This document shows, piece by piece, positions 11,477-25,924 of a stretch of DNA of 64,000 nt. This DNA is from Nitrospirota bacterium (GTDB taxonomy: Bacteria > Nitrospirota > UBA9217). The DNA lies in NCBI GenBank assembly GCA_963741205.1, contig CAVUHW010000028.1:49315-113314 (forward strand), given 5' to 3'. The position numbers and the translations under genes were made by a program. The notes under the pieces are model-generated. The model was not told the origin of the DNA, made no database searches, and was given only the letters and a program-made list of their open reading frames with translations. How positions within the stretch are numbered: the stretch's first letter is position 1; every line of letters begins with the position of its first letter.

Positions 11477-11678
11477 CTACATCTTCGCCGGTTTGGCAGG
11501 CGCGGGCGTCGGCGCGGGCGCCGGCGTTGGAGCAGGAGCGGGCGCCGGTGCCGGAGCAGGCGTGCGTCATGATCGGTTGCGGAGCCGGCTGGGGGGTCTC
11601 TGCCTTTTTCTCGCAGCCGGTAAGCATCACCGCAATACCGATGACCAAAATCTGAATGAGCGATAAATATTTTTTCAA
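11477..11678 (-). CDS. Small Pro/Ala-rich lipoprotein (one frameshift)
   Basis: AGGAGG + TTG start, MKKYLSLIQILVIGIAVMLTG-C lipobox, then (AP)n repeats ending AKPAKM in the shifted frame. Confidence 0.7.
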
Positions 11679-11785
11679 GAACGTACCTCCTTTCGGACTA
11701 TTGCCTGCATCGTGCGAATTGATAGAAGCGCCTCGGTTCGATAAAACGAGGGGCACGCATTCATTTGCCGGGTGCGGCGATTCGC

Positions 11786-12013
11786 CTAGAGGATCCTTGT
11801 CGCGACCGAACGGGTAACGGTGAGCTCCCTCACTTTCTGGCCAAGCTTTTCTTCCAATGCTACCTGCTGTTCTTCGTTAAGACGGAGGCGGAAGACCCGG
11901 AGCTTGTTCAGGGACTTCTTCGTGAGATGAATCTCCCGAAGCTCAAAACCGATCTGTTTTTTTATTTCAGCGCTCTGCTGCGGGGTCAACTCAAGTTTTA
12001 CAAAATCTTCCAC
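11786..12013 (-). CDS. Small hypothetical protein with an internal duplication
   Basis: GGAGG upstream of GTG; 75 aa made of two similar ~30-aa halves. Confidence 0.6.
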   Translation of the reverse strand: MEDFVKLELTPQQSAEIKKQIGFELREIHLTKKSLNKLRVFRLRLNEEQQVALEEKLGQKVRELTVTRSVATRIL

Positions 12014-12137
12014 TCTAGGTGCCCTCCATAGACGGCAATTATAGGCTCTTTCCCGTGCAAATACAAGACTTATTTGTTTCTCATAATGATTTTCGGGCTG
12101 TGATCGCCGTCACCTTTTCAACACAGCAAAGCGCTCT

Positions 12138-13830
<1,693 letters not shown>

Positions 13831-13943
13831 GAAACCCCCTTCGGGTAAATTCCAAATAGCAAATCACAAGTTCAAATAACAATCAGATTCAAAATGTCCA
13901 GGGGAAAACGTCAAGTCTGCTGCTTCTCACTTTGAACTTATTG

Positions 13944-15037
13944 TTACTTTGACTTTGTTTTGTTTCGTAAACGATCTCTTCCACTTCCTTCACCAGCACA
14001 TCGGCAAGCTCTCTTCTCGTCGAACTTTCTTAAGGATCTCGCCGTGCTTGAACAGAAGCCCCACGCCCTTGCCGCCGGCGATGCCGACGTCGGCCTCGCG
14101 CGCCTCGCCGGGCCCGTTCACCACGCAGCCCATGACCGCAACGGTGACCGGCTCCTTGATGTGGGCAAGCCTCTTCTCCACTTTTTCCGCGAGGCCGATG
14201 ATGTCGATCTCGGTCCTGCCGCAGGTGGGGCAGGAGATGATGTTCACCCCGCGCTGGCTGATCTTGAGCGATTTCAGTATCTCGTAGGCCACGCGCACTT
14301 CCTCCACCGGGTCGGCGGTAAGCGACACCCGCAGGGTATCGCCGATGCCCTCGGAAAGCAGGATGCCCAGGCCGACGCTCGATTTGATCGTGCCCGAAAA
14401 GAGCGTTCCGGCCTCGGAGATGCCGATATGGAGCGGATAGTCGGACTTCTCCGAAAAGAGCCGGTAGGCCGCGACGGTCGTGAGCACGTCCGATGCCTTG
14501 AGAGACACCTTGATGTTCCGTGTAATCCAGGTCTTCGAGGATCCGGATATGGCCGAAAGCGCTTTCGACGATGGCTGCAGGCGTCGGATGGCCGTACTTT
14601 TCGAGCAGATGCTTTTCGAGCGAGCCGGCATTCACGCCGATCCGGATGGGGATGCTCCGTGTCCCTGCACGCCCGGACAACTTCGGCAACCTTCTCTTTC
14701 CCGCCGATGTTGCCCGGATTGATGCGAAGGCCGTCCACGCCCTGCTCTCACGGACTCGAGCGCGAGGCGGTAATCGAAGTGGATATCGGCGATCAGGGGC
14801 ATTGCGGTGCCCTTTCTGATCTTCCCGAGCGACTTTGCGGCCTCTTCGTCCGGGACCGCGAGCCGCACGATCTCGCACCCGGCCTCTTCAAGCCGCCTGA
14901 TCTGGGCGAGCGTCGCCTCCGCGTCGCGGGTGTCCGTGTTGCACATGGACTGGACCGCCACCGGCGCGCCGCCGCCGATCTTGACGGTGCCGAGGGTGAT
15001 CTGCCTGGTTTTTTTGCGAAGGATTTCTGTATATCAC
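13944..15037 (-). CDS. ispG: HMBPP synthase (flavodoxin-dependent), several frameshifts; start approximate
   Basis: [52 protein letters not shown]. Confidence 0.93.
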
Positions 15038-15132
15038 GCTATCATTCAAATCAGCCGCAGAGCGCGCAGTCTGCGAAGAGTAAACCGGTGCCATCGCTCG
15101 AGTCTCCGCGCCTACGCGAGGCATAATTGGTT

Positions 15133-16419
15133 CTATTTTGATAAAAAACATCCTCACGATGTCGTTGTAGGAAACAACCGCGATCAGCGTGATCAAGAAT
15201 CGCCGCGCCGATGCTCTGGGACACTTCCATCACCTTCCTGCTCACCGGTTTCTTGCGGATGGCTTCGATCACCAGGAACAGGATCAGCCCGCCGTCCAGG
15301 ACGGGGATGGGCAGCAGGTTCAGGATGCCGAGCGAGATGCTGATCATGGCAAGGAGCGAAAGAAACGAGGAAAGCCCGGCAGCCGCGGCCTGGCCCGACA
15401 TCTGCGCGATCATCACCGGTCCGCCGAGGGTCTTGATCGAGAGGCTGAAGGTCAGGAGTTTCTTGAGCGTGATGAACGTGAGATCGATGGCCTCGAGGGT
15501 CTTATCGAACCCCAGCCGCAGGGAATCGAAAAAGCCGTACTTCTTGAAGACCAGGTGCATCACCGGCTCCACGCCGATCACGTACCGTCCGCCGTCCTGG
15601 ACAGGCGTGACGGACACGTCCAGGCGTTTGCCTTCCCGCTCGATGGTGAGGATGAGCGTCTTGCCTTTGCTGTCTTTCACCAGGGAGGAAAACTGGTTCC
15701 AGTGATAGATCGTCTCGCGGTCCACGGCGAGGATCTTGTCATGCGCCTTGATCCCCGCCTTCTCCGCAGGGAAGCCCGGCTTCAAGTTGCCGATCTCGGC
15801 GGGCATGTCGGGGATCAGACCGGACATGCCGATCTTGAGCTCCGTGGCCGCTTCGGGCCTGCAGCGCCAGGACCTTTTTCTCACCGCCGCGGTCGATCAT
15901 AACCGTCACGTCCGTGCCGGGATTCACGGCGATAAGGGACAGCGCCTTGGTCCAGTCGCTGATGCTCCGGCCGTTGATCTCCTCGATCACGTCGCCGGCG
16001 AGGAAGCCCGCGCGCTCGGCCGGAGAACCCTTTTCCACGAAGCCGACCTTTGCCGGGCCTTCGGAATAGGTGCCGACCATGAAGACCAGCGGCATGACGA
16101 GAAAGGCGAGGACGATGTTCGTAAGCGGGCCCGTTGCCGCGATCTTGGCGCGCTGCCATACGGTCTTGGATTGGAACTCATCCGGCGCGCCGGTGGGCTC
16201 CTCGTCGGGGTTCTCGCCCGCCATCTTCACGTACCCGCCCAGGGGCAGCGCGGAGAGGACGTATTCCGTATCGCCCTTCTTGTAGCCGACGATCTTGGGC
16301 CCCATCCCGAGCGAGAACTTCTCGACGCGCACGCCCGCCCGCTTTGCCATGATGAAGTGACCGAACTCGTGCACGAACACGAGGATCCCGATCACGATCA
16401 AAAAATAGATAAGTGTCAT
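15133..16419 (-). CDS. rseP: RIP metalloprotease RseP with two PDZ domains (frameshifted; end approximate)
   Basis: HEFGH, PLGGYVKM, LNLLPIPVLDGG. Confidence 0.93.
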
Positions 16420-16457
16420 TCTATCTCCTTAATATCCAAGGTAACTGATCAGGTTGG

Positions 16458-16540
16458 CATGCCCGAGAAAGCGGGAATCCATTTGACTTTTCGAAAGACT
16501 CAAGTCAAAATGGATTCCCGATAAAAGCATCGGGAATGAC
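16458..16540. repeat. REP-like paired palindrome (GTCAT...CCCG..GCGGGAATCCA family); copies at ~42475-42545, ~43818-43897 and ~61590-61669
   Basis: GCGGGAATCCA...TGGATTCCCG...GGGAATGAC arrangement recurs four times. Confidence 0.8.
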
Positions 16541-16563
16541 AGACTTATTCATTCCGCCTTCCA

Positions 16564-17728
16564 TCATCCGACATTCGCAATGATCTTCTCCGCTTCCCGC
16601 CTCGCCCAGAGGTCCGCCTTGAGGGCGTCCTCGACGGTCCTGACCGGGGTCTGTGAATGGGCATCCATCGTGGACCTGATTACGCGGGCGATATCGCCGT
16701 ATCCGATCCTTGTCTGTCCAGGAAATATCCGACCGCCACTTCATTCGCCGCAGAGAGCACCGCGGGCATGGTGCCGCCTGCCCTGAGGGCGTCAAAGGCA
16801 TAGGCCAGGCACGGGAACCGGTCCATATCGGGGTCCTCGAAGGTGAGCGTGCCGACCCGCGCAAGGTCAAGGGCCGGAGATACGTCCGCAAGCCGTTCGG
16901 GATAGGTGAGGGCATACGCGATCGGGCCCTTCATGTCGGGCATGCCGAGCTGGGCCACGACCGCGCCATCCTGATATTCCACCATGGAATGAACGATGCT
17001 CTGCGGATGCACGAGGACCCTGATCTTTTCGGGAGGAATATCAAAAAGCCATCGCGCCTCGATCACCTCAAGCCCCTTGTTCATGAGCGTGGCCGAATCG
17101 ATCGTGATCTTCCTGCCCATGCTCCAATTCGGATGTTTCAGCGCCTGGGCCGGCGTCACCTCGTCGAGGTCTGTTCCGGGAATAGGTCCGGAACGGACCG
17201 CCCGACGCGGTCAGGATCAGCCGCCGGATATCTCGGTTCGCGCCCGCCTGCAGGCACTGGAAGATGGCGCTGTGCTCGCTGTCCACCGGGAAGACGCCGG
17301 TCCCCCGGCTGCGGGATTCGGCCATGACGAGTTCGCCGGCGGTGACGAGCACTTCCTTGTTCGCGAGCGCGACCTGCTTTGCCTGCCCGGATCGCGGCCA
17401 TGGTCGGCACAAGCCCGGCAGTGCCCACAATGGCCGAGACCGTGATGTCCGCTTCATCCGCCGCAGCGACCCGGATCATGCCCTCGACTCCGGAGAAGAC
17501 GCGGACGTTGAGGTCCGTCCAGCCGCTTTCTCAGGAGCTCGGCCGGCGCTTCCCCGGAAACGGATACGACTGGCGGGCCTGAACCGGCGCACCTGCTTTT
17601 CGAGAAGATCGATATTATTGCCTGCGGCGAGCGCAACGACCGTGAACCGCGTCGGGAAACTTCTCAACAATCGAGAGCGTCGACCGGCCGATGGAACCCG
17701 TGGAGCCGAGTATGGAGATTCTTTTCAA
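16564..17728 (-). CDS. dxr: 1-deoxy-D-xylulose 5-phosphate reductoisomerase (frameshifted)
   Basis: [54 protein letters not shown]. Confidence 0.95.
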
Positions 17729-17791
17729 AATTGAACCGAATCCGAAGTCAGGAGGCGCACGAAGTTCATCGATCGACTCAGGACGCATTCC

Positions 17792-18593
17792 TTACCTCAT
17801 CTTTAAATAGTAATACAGCACCGGCGCTGCGAAGAGCATGCTGTCCATCCGGTCCAGGATGCCGCCGTGGCCCGGGATGATCCCTCCCGAGTCCTTGATG
17901 CCGGCCGCGCGTTTGAGCAGCGATTCCACGAGGTCTCCGATGGTGCCGACCGCCGCGAGCACGAGGGCGATTCCGATTGCCTCGCCCGCGTCGATCGGCG
18001 GCATGAACCAGACCCGGCACAAAAGCGCCATGCCGGCTGACGCGGCCAGCGCGCCGACAAGCCCTTCGATGCTCTTCTTCGGGCTCACCTTCTCATACAG
18101 CCGGTGCTTGCCGAAAGGGATGCCGATGGAGTAGGCGCCGATGTCCGATGCCCAGATAATGAAAGTACAGAAACACCAGCCACTGTTTGCCGTCCGCGCC
18201 GGTTCGGATCACGACCTGGAAAGCGAACAGCATGGCCACGTAGAGGACGCCGAGGAGCGTCGATGCCGCATCCTCAAGCGCCCCGTCCACCGGACGGGGA
18301 GAGAACAGCCGCGCGACGAGGGTCACAAGCAGCAACGCCGCGACCATGAAAAACCCGCCCAGAGAGGGAAGCAGCGGATGATAGAACTCGATCACCGTGA
18401 ACACGCCGAGCGCCATGCCCACGGCGGTCTGCGGACGGGCCCCCCGCGCCTGCGCCATGCGGTAAAATTCGTACAATCCCACGACGACGGCCGCGAGAAT
18501 CAGCCCCGTAAAATACAACGGCGGCAGCTTCCAGGCAACAAGATAGAAAATAGGGAGAAAGAGAAGGCCCGAGATCACTCTCTTATGCAGCAT
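17792..18593 (-). CDS. cdsA: Phosphatidate cytidylyltransferase (frameshifted)
   Basis: SPKKSIEG, GDLVESLLKR, KDSGGIIPGHGGILDRMDS. Confidence 0.93.
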
Positions 18594-18752
18594 GCATGGT
18601 CTCCATGATGAATCCTGGATACTGGATGATCGCACTGCCTCCTGCTTCAACGGGAGGGCCGATGCGCGGATGGCTCGAAAGTTCGGATGCGTGTACTGCA
18701 TAACGCATCCCGCACCTAACCTCCCCTTGAAGGGGGAGTATCTGACAGGTAA

Positions 18753-19512
18753 TCACTTCCGTGCGAGCTGCTCCTGTGTCAAACCGAACCTGCGCTGCCG
18801 CCCCTGGTAGTCGATAAGCGCCGCGTGCAGGTCCTTTTCCGAGAAGTCAGGCCACAGCGTATCGGTAAAATAAAGCTCGGCATATGCCGCCTGCCACAGG
18901 AGGAAGTTGCTGATCCGCTTCTCACCGCTCGTGCGGATGATCAGGTCCGGATCGGGAAGGCCCGCGGTATCCAGGTAGCGAGGAAAAAACTTCATCGGTC
19001 AGTTGCTCCGCCGTGGTTCCCGCGGCGCTCAACCGTCTTATCGCCTCGAGAATTTCTCCCCTCCCGCCGTAGGACAACGCAAGATTCAGCACCATGCCGG
19101 TGTTGCCCGCGGTCTCGGCGACGGCCTTTCCGATCCACTTGCGTGCTGATGCCGGAAGGCGTTCTATCCTGCCGATGGTGCGGAACCTGATGTCGTTCGC
19201 TTTCATGGTGGCGATTTCCGACTTGAGAAAGGTCCCGAGCAGGTCCATGAGAAACCCGACTTCGTCCTTGGGTCTCCCCCAGTTCTCATCGGAAAAGGCA
19301 TACAGCGTCAGGACGTCTATGCCGATCCGCCGGCACTCCTCCGTAATGCGACGCACGGTTTCAACGCCCCGCTTATGCCCGGCTATGCGCGGGAGTCCCT
19401 TCCGCAGCGCCCAGCGGCCGTTGCCGTCCATGATAATGGCGACGTGATGCGGCATGTTTGCCGCATCCAGCGCCGCCATGTTCCCCTCATGAGGAGATCT
19501 TTTTTTATTCAT
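18753..19512 (-). CDS. uppS: Undecaprenyl diphosphate synthase (frameshifted)
   Basis: [50 protein letters not shown]. Confidence 0.95.
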
Positions 19513-19601
19513 AATCCCTGTTTCAGTTTTCCGATCAGAACGCTCATTTACTCCAGACCTGAACGTGAATTCCGCATTCCGATTCCGCATTCCGATTCGA
19601 C

Positions 19602-21382
19602 TCACTTTACCGGATAGCTCATTAACTTGATGGTATCGCTGGAAAACAATCCGCCCGGAATCCGCACCAGCGCCACGATCTTCGCGCCGGGACCTTCCTG
19701 ACGGAGTATCTGAAAGTCGAGCACGGCGCCCTTGATGTCCTTGATGGTCCATCTCTGCTCAAGCCGGGCGCCTGTCCACCCCAGGCTGACGAATTCGGCC
19801 TGCGTGTAGCTTTCCGCAGATACGACCCGCCGCTGTTCTTCGGCAGCAGGATCTCGTCCCTGCCGTCTCCGTTCAGGTCAAGGGCCAGGACCCTTCCCGG
19901 GATCCTGACTATCAGCGATTTGTTGTCCGTCTCCGCCGCTTCCTTGGAAAGGACGGCATCGATCCCCGTTACGGGCTTCGTCACCGCTTTTTGACCGCGG
20001 GATAGGACTCCTCGCTCTTCCAGATCAACGCGCCGCCGGAATAAACAAGCAACTGGTCCTTGTTGTCGAACGCAACGAGCAGCGGGGCCGGCTCTCCGAG
20101 CGCCGCAAATGCGAAACCGTAGAGCCCCACGCCGTCGGGCAGGGGCATCTCCGCGACCGGCGAGGTAGGCGCCGCTCGGACCATAGATATTGGCGGGCCG
20201 GTCCGCTGAAAAACGACCCGGGGTCGTATCCGCGGCCGATCAGGATATTCCCCTTGCCGGGGTAGGCGATGACGCGGAGAAAGCCGGGGATTTCGGCGAT
20301 CTGATGATAGACGCCATCCTGAAATTCAAAGACGCGCGAGACGACCTTCCCGTTCTGCATGGCCGTCACAAAGATCTCGGACCTGCCGTTCCCGTTGATG
20401 TCGGCGGCATCGAGGTTGATGTGCTGTATTTCACCGGCGCTAACGGGCACGTGCTCCACCCAATCTTCGCGCCAACCCGCGGGCCCCTGCCGGTAGACAT
20501 GGAGCCTGACGCCGTCGGAAAAAGCATATTGCACGGCGCCGCTCCCTTCAAAATCGGCCGCGGTCATGAGCTGCGCGTCAAAGGGAAGCGCCGGGATGTC
20601 GTTCTTTTCTTCCGTCACAGGGGCGAAGAAGGGCTTCACTTCGGCGATGGCTTCCTTCCTGGACTTCAGATCGAGCATTGCGATAAGCGTATCGATCGGT
20701 CTGGCCTCATCGGCATAGAAAAGCCTGGCCGTGACGAGGAGCTTCCTGGCTTCGGATGGATAGATCCCGACGGCCGCGACGACATCAAGATTGTATGCCT
20801 TGCCCATCTCCTTGATCAGCGAGCGGTCGCGCTGCTTCTTGTCCTTGAGGAACCCGGCGACCGTCCCGCTGTCGAGCAGAGAGAACCTTCCTGACTCGTT
20901 CAGCCGCTCGGCAAGGCCCTGGATCAGTCTCGGGCCTGTCGGCCCGCAGCGGGAGGAGCGCCATGCTGATCTTCTTCGGCGTGATCCTCGCCTTGTCGCC
21001 CTCCTTCGGGTCCTTCAGTCGTTTTCTCATCACGACCGTAGCACGTGGTTTCCGTCACGTCCGTTACCGCGGCGTCGCCGACCTCATCCTCGGTCCGTCC
21101 GATCACCTGGCCGGTCACGGGATGGAGGATCTCCTTGCCGTCCCGCCACAGGGTGAGCATGACGCCGGGCACGAGTCCGTCTTTGGCCCCGAGTGAAACG
21201 GTGAACCGGTCGCCTTTGACGGCCTTGACCTCGCCCTGGACTTTGGGAAAGTGGGACTGGATCCCGGCTGCCAGCTCGTCGACGGATGCGATCTCCTCCA
21301 CCCCGAGCGGCGTTTCGGAAGCGGCCGCCCCGGTCCCGAAGGCCGCGGAAAACAGCAGGAACAGAAGAATCAGTTTTTTCAT
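19602..21382 (-). CDS. Exported FG-GAP/VCBS-repeat protein (frameshifted)
   Basis: Signal peptide MKKLILLFLL; DINGNGRSEI and DLNGDGRDEI repeats; N-terminal ILHPVTGQVIG motif. Confidence 0.7.
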
Positions 21383-21596
21383 GAACAGGACGACCCCTTT
21401 TCTCTCGATCTTCAAGGTATCATGTTACCCAACCCGGATAAGCCGGAATTCCAGAAGGCACTCTATTGAGAGAATGCCAGGAGTATATCGAATCAAATGT
21501 CGAAAATCAATTACTCGCTGGATTCCGGCTAGAGCCATCCGTGAATGACAGTTTCGACGGGCGTATTTGAGAAAATTCGATTCTGTCGGCAACGAA

Positions 21597-23778
21597 CTAT
21601 TCCACGCGAATCCGTATCACCGCGGTCCAGGATTTCCCGGGACCGAGAGAGATGCGCCAGACCGGCATGAGCATGGAGCTCTGATAGACGCGCTCGAACC
21701 CGGCCTCGGACTGGGACACCGTCTCCACCGGCGCGCGCCAGAGCATGGCCGGTTCGTCGAATGCAAGCGTGAGCCTGAGCTTGAGCCATTCGTCGACCAG
21801 GCTGACCTCGTGCACGTTGTTCGTTTCTCCGGAGGACGCGAGGTTCCTCTTGTCCAGCATATGGCCCGGAATATCGTAGTACCGGTCGTGGGAACTCCCC
21901 GCGAGGAAGGAAAAGTTAAACTCGCTGCCGAACGAGGTGTTCAGCTCTTCGGCGCTCGAGGTTTTCGATCTCATACCGAACCGAGAAATCCGGAGCGCCC
22001 CTGCGAAGGGAGATTTCCTTTCCCAGGCGGACGCGGAGCCCTGCCACGTTCCCCTCCCGCTCGAGGATGACGGCCGCGGAACTCCCCTGTTTCTTCTCCC
22101 GGACGCCGTATGCCCCGAGGACAAAATCCCCGGCCTCATAATATTCGCAGCGTATGAAGGCCGCCAGGTCCACGCCGGACCCGAGGAAGTGGTCGATCAG
22201 CGATCCGCGGGTATACCAGTCGTACAGGAGGTGATACTGAAGCCCCTCCTCCTTCATGGCCACACGCTCATGAATGGTCTTTACGCCGCCGGTTTGGGCC
22301 GCGCCTGCCTTATCCCCTGCGGCCCGGATGATCTTGTCGTGATAGCCTTCGCGCCTTCGTGTAAGCGTGTTCGTGAGATTGAACATGCGGGGCTTCCAGT
22401 CGAGCTCGGTCATCCTGCCGCCGTCTGCCGGGTCTAGAAAGATGTTCAAAAGCTCGGAGTTCAGCATGATTTCATCGTTTCCGTCCTGGTCGAAATCGCC
22501 GCGTTCGATATCGAGCCATGCCGGCGGGGCGCCTTTACCCTTTTTGACCTTGCCCCTTGCCGCCTGCGCCTTCAACATCCCGTCCGCCTGGAATTCCGCC
22601 TGGATCAGCTGCTCATAGACCCCCGAGCGCAGGTGGGGCAGGTAGAGACCTCCGAAGACGCCATGCCAGTACGCGTCGTTGCACTGCGCCTGGTAAAGAT
22701 GGTCGAGCATCCGGGCCGCATCGGCTTTCTTCGCGCCTCCCAGTGCGTCGAGCGCCGCGTGCACCTTCCGGCTCGTCATCATCATGCGTTTGTGCATGTG
22801 GTTACTCTCGGAATATTTGGCCAGAAAGTTCCTCCAGATGCCGCCCTTGATGAAGGGCCGGAGACCTGCGAAGTCGGGCAGGTTCTTTACCTTTTCCAGC
22901 GCATCTTCGTATTCCTTCATGGCACGGGTCGGGAGCGTCCACTCGCCCATCTCCATGTACGATGACGTGGGGAGATAGATCCGGCCGCGCGCCGGCTCCT
23001 TGTCCAGGTATTCGGCGAAGGTCGTGGTCTCGAGCCAGTCGCTGTTCTGTTCAAGGAGCGAAAAAAACCGCTCCAGCCAGCCCTCTTCGTACACCGACCG
23101 GTAGGTCTCGGGCCAGACTCCGAACTTTTCGCCGTCATCGGCCATGACCGCCAGACGGTTCCGCTCCGTCGAACGAAGGGTGGAAAGAAACGAGATTGTT
23201 TCCTCGGGGACACGGAAAGGGATCAGGTAGCGGAGTCTCTCGCTCCCCGGGAAGATGCGGACGATCCTGTCCTGTTCCTCCGTAAGGTAGTAGCCGTCCA
23301 GGTCTTCGTCGCGCAGGCCGGCCATCTTGAAATGGAAGTCGTCGACGACCACGTGGTTGATGCCGGCTTCGGCGATGGACTTCGGAAGGTGCGGCTCCCA
23401 GACGCGCTCCGCGAGCCACATGCCGTGCGCGTCATAACCGATCTTTTTCCGCAGGTAATCCGAAAGCGCGCGGATCTGTCCGATCTTGTCATTATCGGGC
23501 AGCACCGCAAGGACCGGCTCGTAAAACCCGCCGGACAGGATCTCCACCCGGCTTTCCTCGACAAGGTCCTTCAGCATATCGATGAACTCGGGATGACGCC
23601 GCTCGAAGAAGTGATAGAGGATGCCGGTGTAGTGGAGCGTTATCTTGATCTGCCGATGGCGCTCAAGCGTCTTGACGAAGGGCAGGTAGGACTTCTGGTA
23701 TGCCTCCTCTGCAACAGATTCGAAATTGCCGACCGGCTGGTGATTGTGGATGGCAAAAATAAATTGAACTTTTGGCAT
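21597..23778 (-). CDS. GH57 alpha-amylase/4-alpha-glucanotransferase (frameshift near 21960)
   Basis: HNHQPVGNF, GGFYEP, WLAERVWEP, DDGEKFG, AQCNDAYWHG, SQSEAGFERVYQS. Confidence 0.92.
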
Positions 23779-24018
23779 GAGTTTAACCAGCCTGCTCTTT
23801 TTCCCCGCCAAGCGAGATAGATTGGGATATTAGCCTTATGGTGCTGAAATGTCAATCAAAAACAAGGGAATGGGGGGCTATAACGAAGGTCGCTGCCTGC
23901 TGTCTCATCTGTGCTGCGCCGATATGGTCCGCAGGGGACTGGGCTGGGGATGATCTGATAAATTTTGTTTATTTTACCCTCTCTTCGGTTCATGAAATCA
24001 TTGATGTCAATTGCCGGC

Positions 24019-24466
24019 TTATTCTTCTTCCTGTCTCTGAGATAGCACTTTTTTAAGCAGCCGCATCGACCCACGAAGACCGTAGCTTGCGAAGATGGTC
24101 CTGAACTTGGAGAACCATGAATAGGTGAACGTTACCGGGCTCCGGAGATTCTTACCCAGGGCGTAGTCATATTCCCAGACCAGCACGTGCCGCGCCCCCG
24201 CATCTTTCAGGATTGACTTTACCTTCCCGCGGTCCCGGTCGAGGGAGTAAACGTTGACCGCGCTGGGGTCGCCGTTCCAGTACTTGGCGCTCGTGATAGC
24301 TCCCGAGTCGATGAAGGGCGCCAACCGCCCCGCGAGCGCCACGATCTCATCCCGTTTGTCGAAAACGATCCACTTTCCGCCGAAGCGCTCCCATTCCCCG
24401 CGGTCGAAGGCTCTCGTGTTCGTCGGGCAAAAGCCATGTCCAGAGAAGGTCTTTTGCAGTTTTCAC
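24019..24466 (-). CDS. Hypothetical protein, DUF1917-like motifs (one frameshift)
   Basis: AAGGAG + GTG start MKTAKDLLWTWL; GGKWIVF...SAKY...VNVYSLD pattern. Confidence 0.55.
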
Positions 24467-24515
24467 GGCTCTCTACTCCTTGGTTTCTTCGCTGGTCAAA
24501 CCTTGCATGACCGGC

Positions 24516-25924
24516 CTACTCTGCTATGGTAATCGAGAAAGCCGCGCCTCCGGTTGCCATGGTCTGGACAAGCGACAGGCTGCCTGTGTCTTCATCAATG
24601 GCGAATACCGAAACGTCACCTGAACCGGAGTTCGCCACATACAGAAACCGGCCCGATGGCTCGCCGGCCAATTCCAGCGGTACGAGACCGGTTGCAAATG
24701 GCGATCCGGGTACCGGTGTCAAGGCGCCCCTCTCCGTATCTAATACATATGCCGATACGTCATTCGATACGGTGTTGCCCACATACAGGAACTGCCCTGA
24801 TGCATCGAGCGTCACGGAACGCGGATCCGTGCCTGCGGGGAATGGAGAACCCGCGACCTGGGTCAGCGCACCCGTGATCGTGTCAACGCGGTAGACCGTC
24901 ACGTCGTTTGAAAAACGGTTGGGAACGAATGCGAATTTTCCCGAAGAAGAGAGTGCAATGTCGCGAGGCCCGCTGCCTGCTGCGAATGGTGAACCGTCAA
25001 TGACCGTCAATGAACCGGTTGTCTGATCTATGGCATAGGCCGTGACATTGTTCGAGTCGCGATTCGTCACGTAGAGATAGAGGCCGGAATCACCGACCGT
25101 CAGACCGTAGGGAACAAGTCCCGTCGCAAACGGCGATCCGGAAACTTCTGTCAAAGCGCCGCTGCTGATTGCGTAGCCCGAGACGTTGTTCGAACCGGCA
25201 TTCGACAGGTACAGAAGCTTTCCTGCAGGATCGGTCGTGATATTCTTTGGACCGGCCCCTGTAGGTACGGGCGTTCCCGGAACCAGTGAAAGCGCGCCGG
25301 TTACGGCATTAACCGCATAACTCGCGATCGTGTTCGAAATATCGTGAGTGACAAACAAAAAATCGCCTGCGGGGCTGAGCTCTACATATCGCGGACCGGA
25401 TCCCGGAACCGTGACAGAGCCCGCTGTGCTCAACTGCCCGGTATCTGCGTCAATGCTGAGGATGGCGATGGTGTTCACATCATGATTTGCAACGTATGCA
25501 AAACGTGCCCGCTCTGCTTCAACATCGAGACGTATGCGGCCGCTGATTTCCCCGGCTTTCGCTGAGATGGTCGTTACGCCTTTACCGCTGGTAGAAATCA
25601 TCCCGGAACCGCTGACTGTCGCAACACCGACATTCGACGAATTCCAGGTCACTTGAGCTGGTCACGTCGCGTCTGCTGCCGTCGGAGAACGTGCCCATGG
25701 CGGTGAAAAGCCTCGACGTACCGGAGGCAAGAGCTGTTCACCGGCAATACCTGTATTGACTGCAGGTCCGAAGCCGGACTTGCCGTATCCCTGCTGCAGC
25801 CGATCGGCACAGATGCGATCATGGAGAGGACAACCGCAAAGGCGAGTGGTATGAAATCTCCAAGCCGGCTGATACTGACGATTCTCGCCACTGTGGGATA
25901 CGGTGCTTCAACGACATATTTCAT
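24516..25924 (-). CDS. Lipoprotein with Ig-like (Big_2) domain and lactonase-type beta-propeller, copy 2 (frameshifted)
   Basis: PIG-C lipobox; TWNSSNVGVATV Ig motif; repeated GSPF(A/P)xG...P...G+FLYV blades. Confidence 0.82.

Noticed and set aside
9441-11666. 741-aa plus-strand ORF
   Set aside because: Antisense shadow of the GspE ATPase in GC-rich DNA; it starts inside a repeat and has no recognisable motifs.
13960-15126. 388-aa plus-strand ORF and similar long antisense ORFs (e.g. 6319..7368, 12019..13383, 50493..51761, 53328..54392)
   Set aside because: They lie opposite well-supported genes and reflect codon bias.
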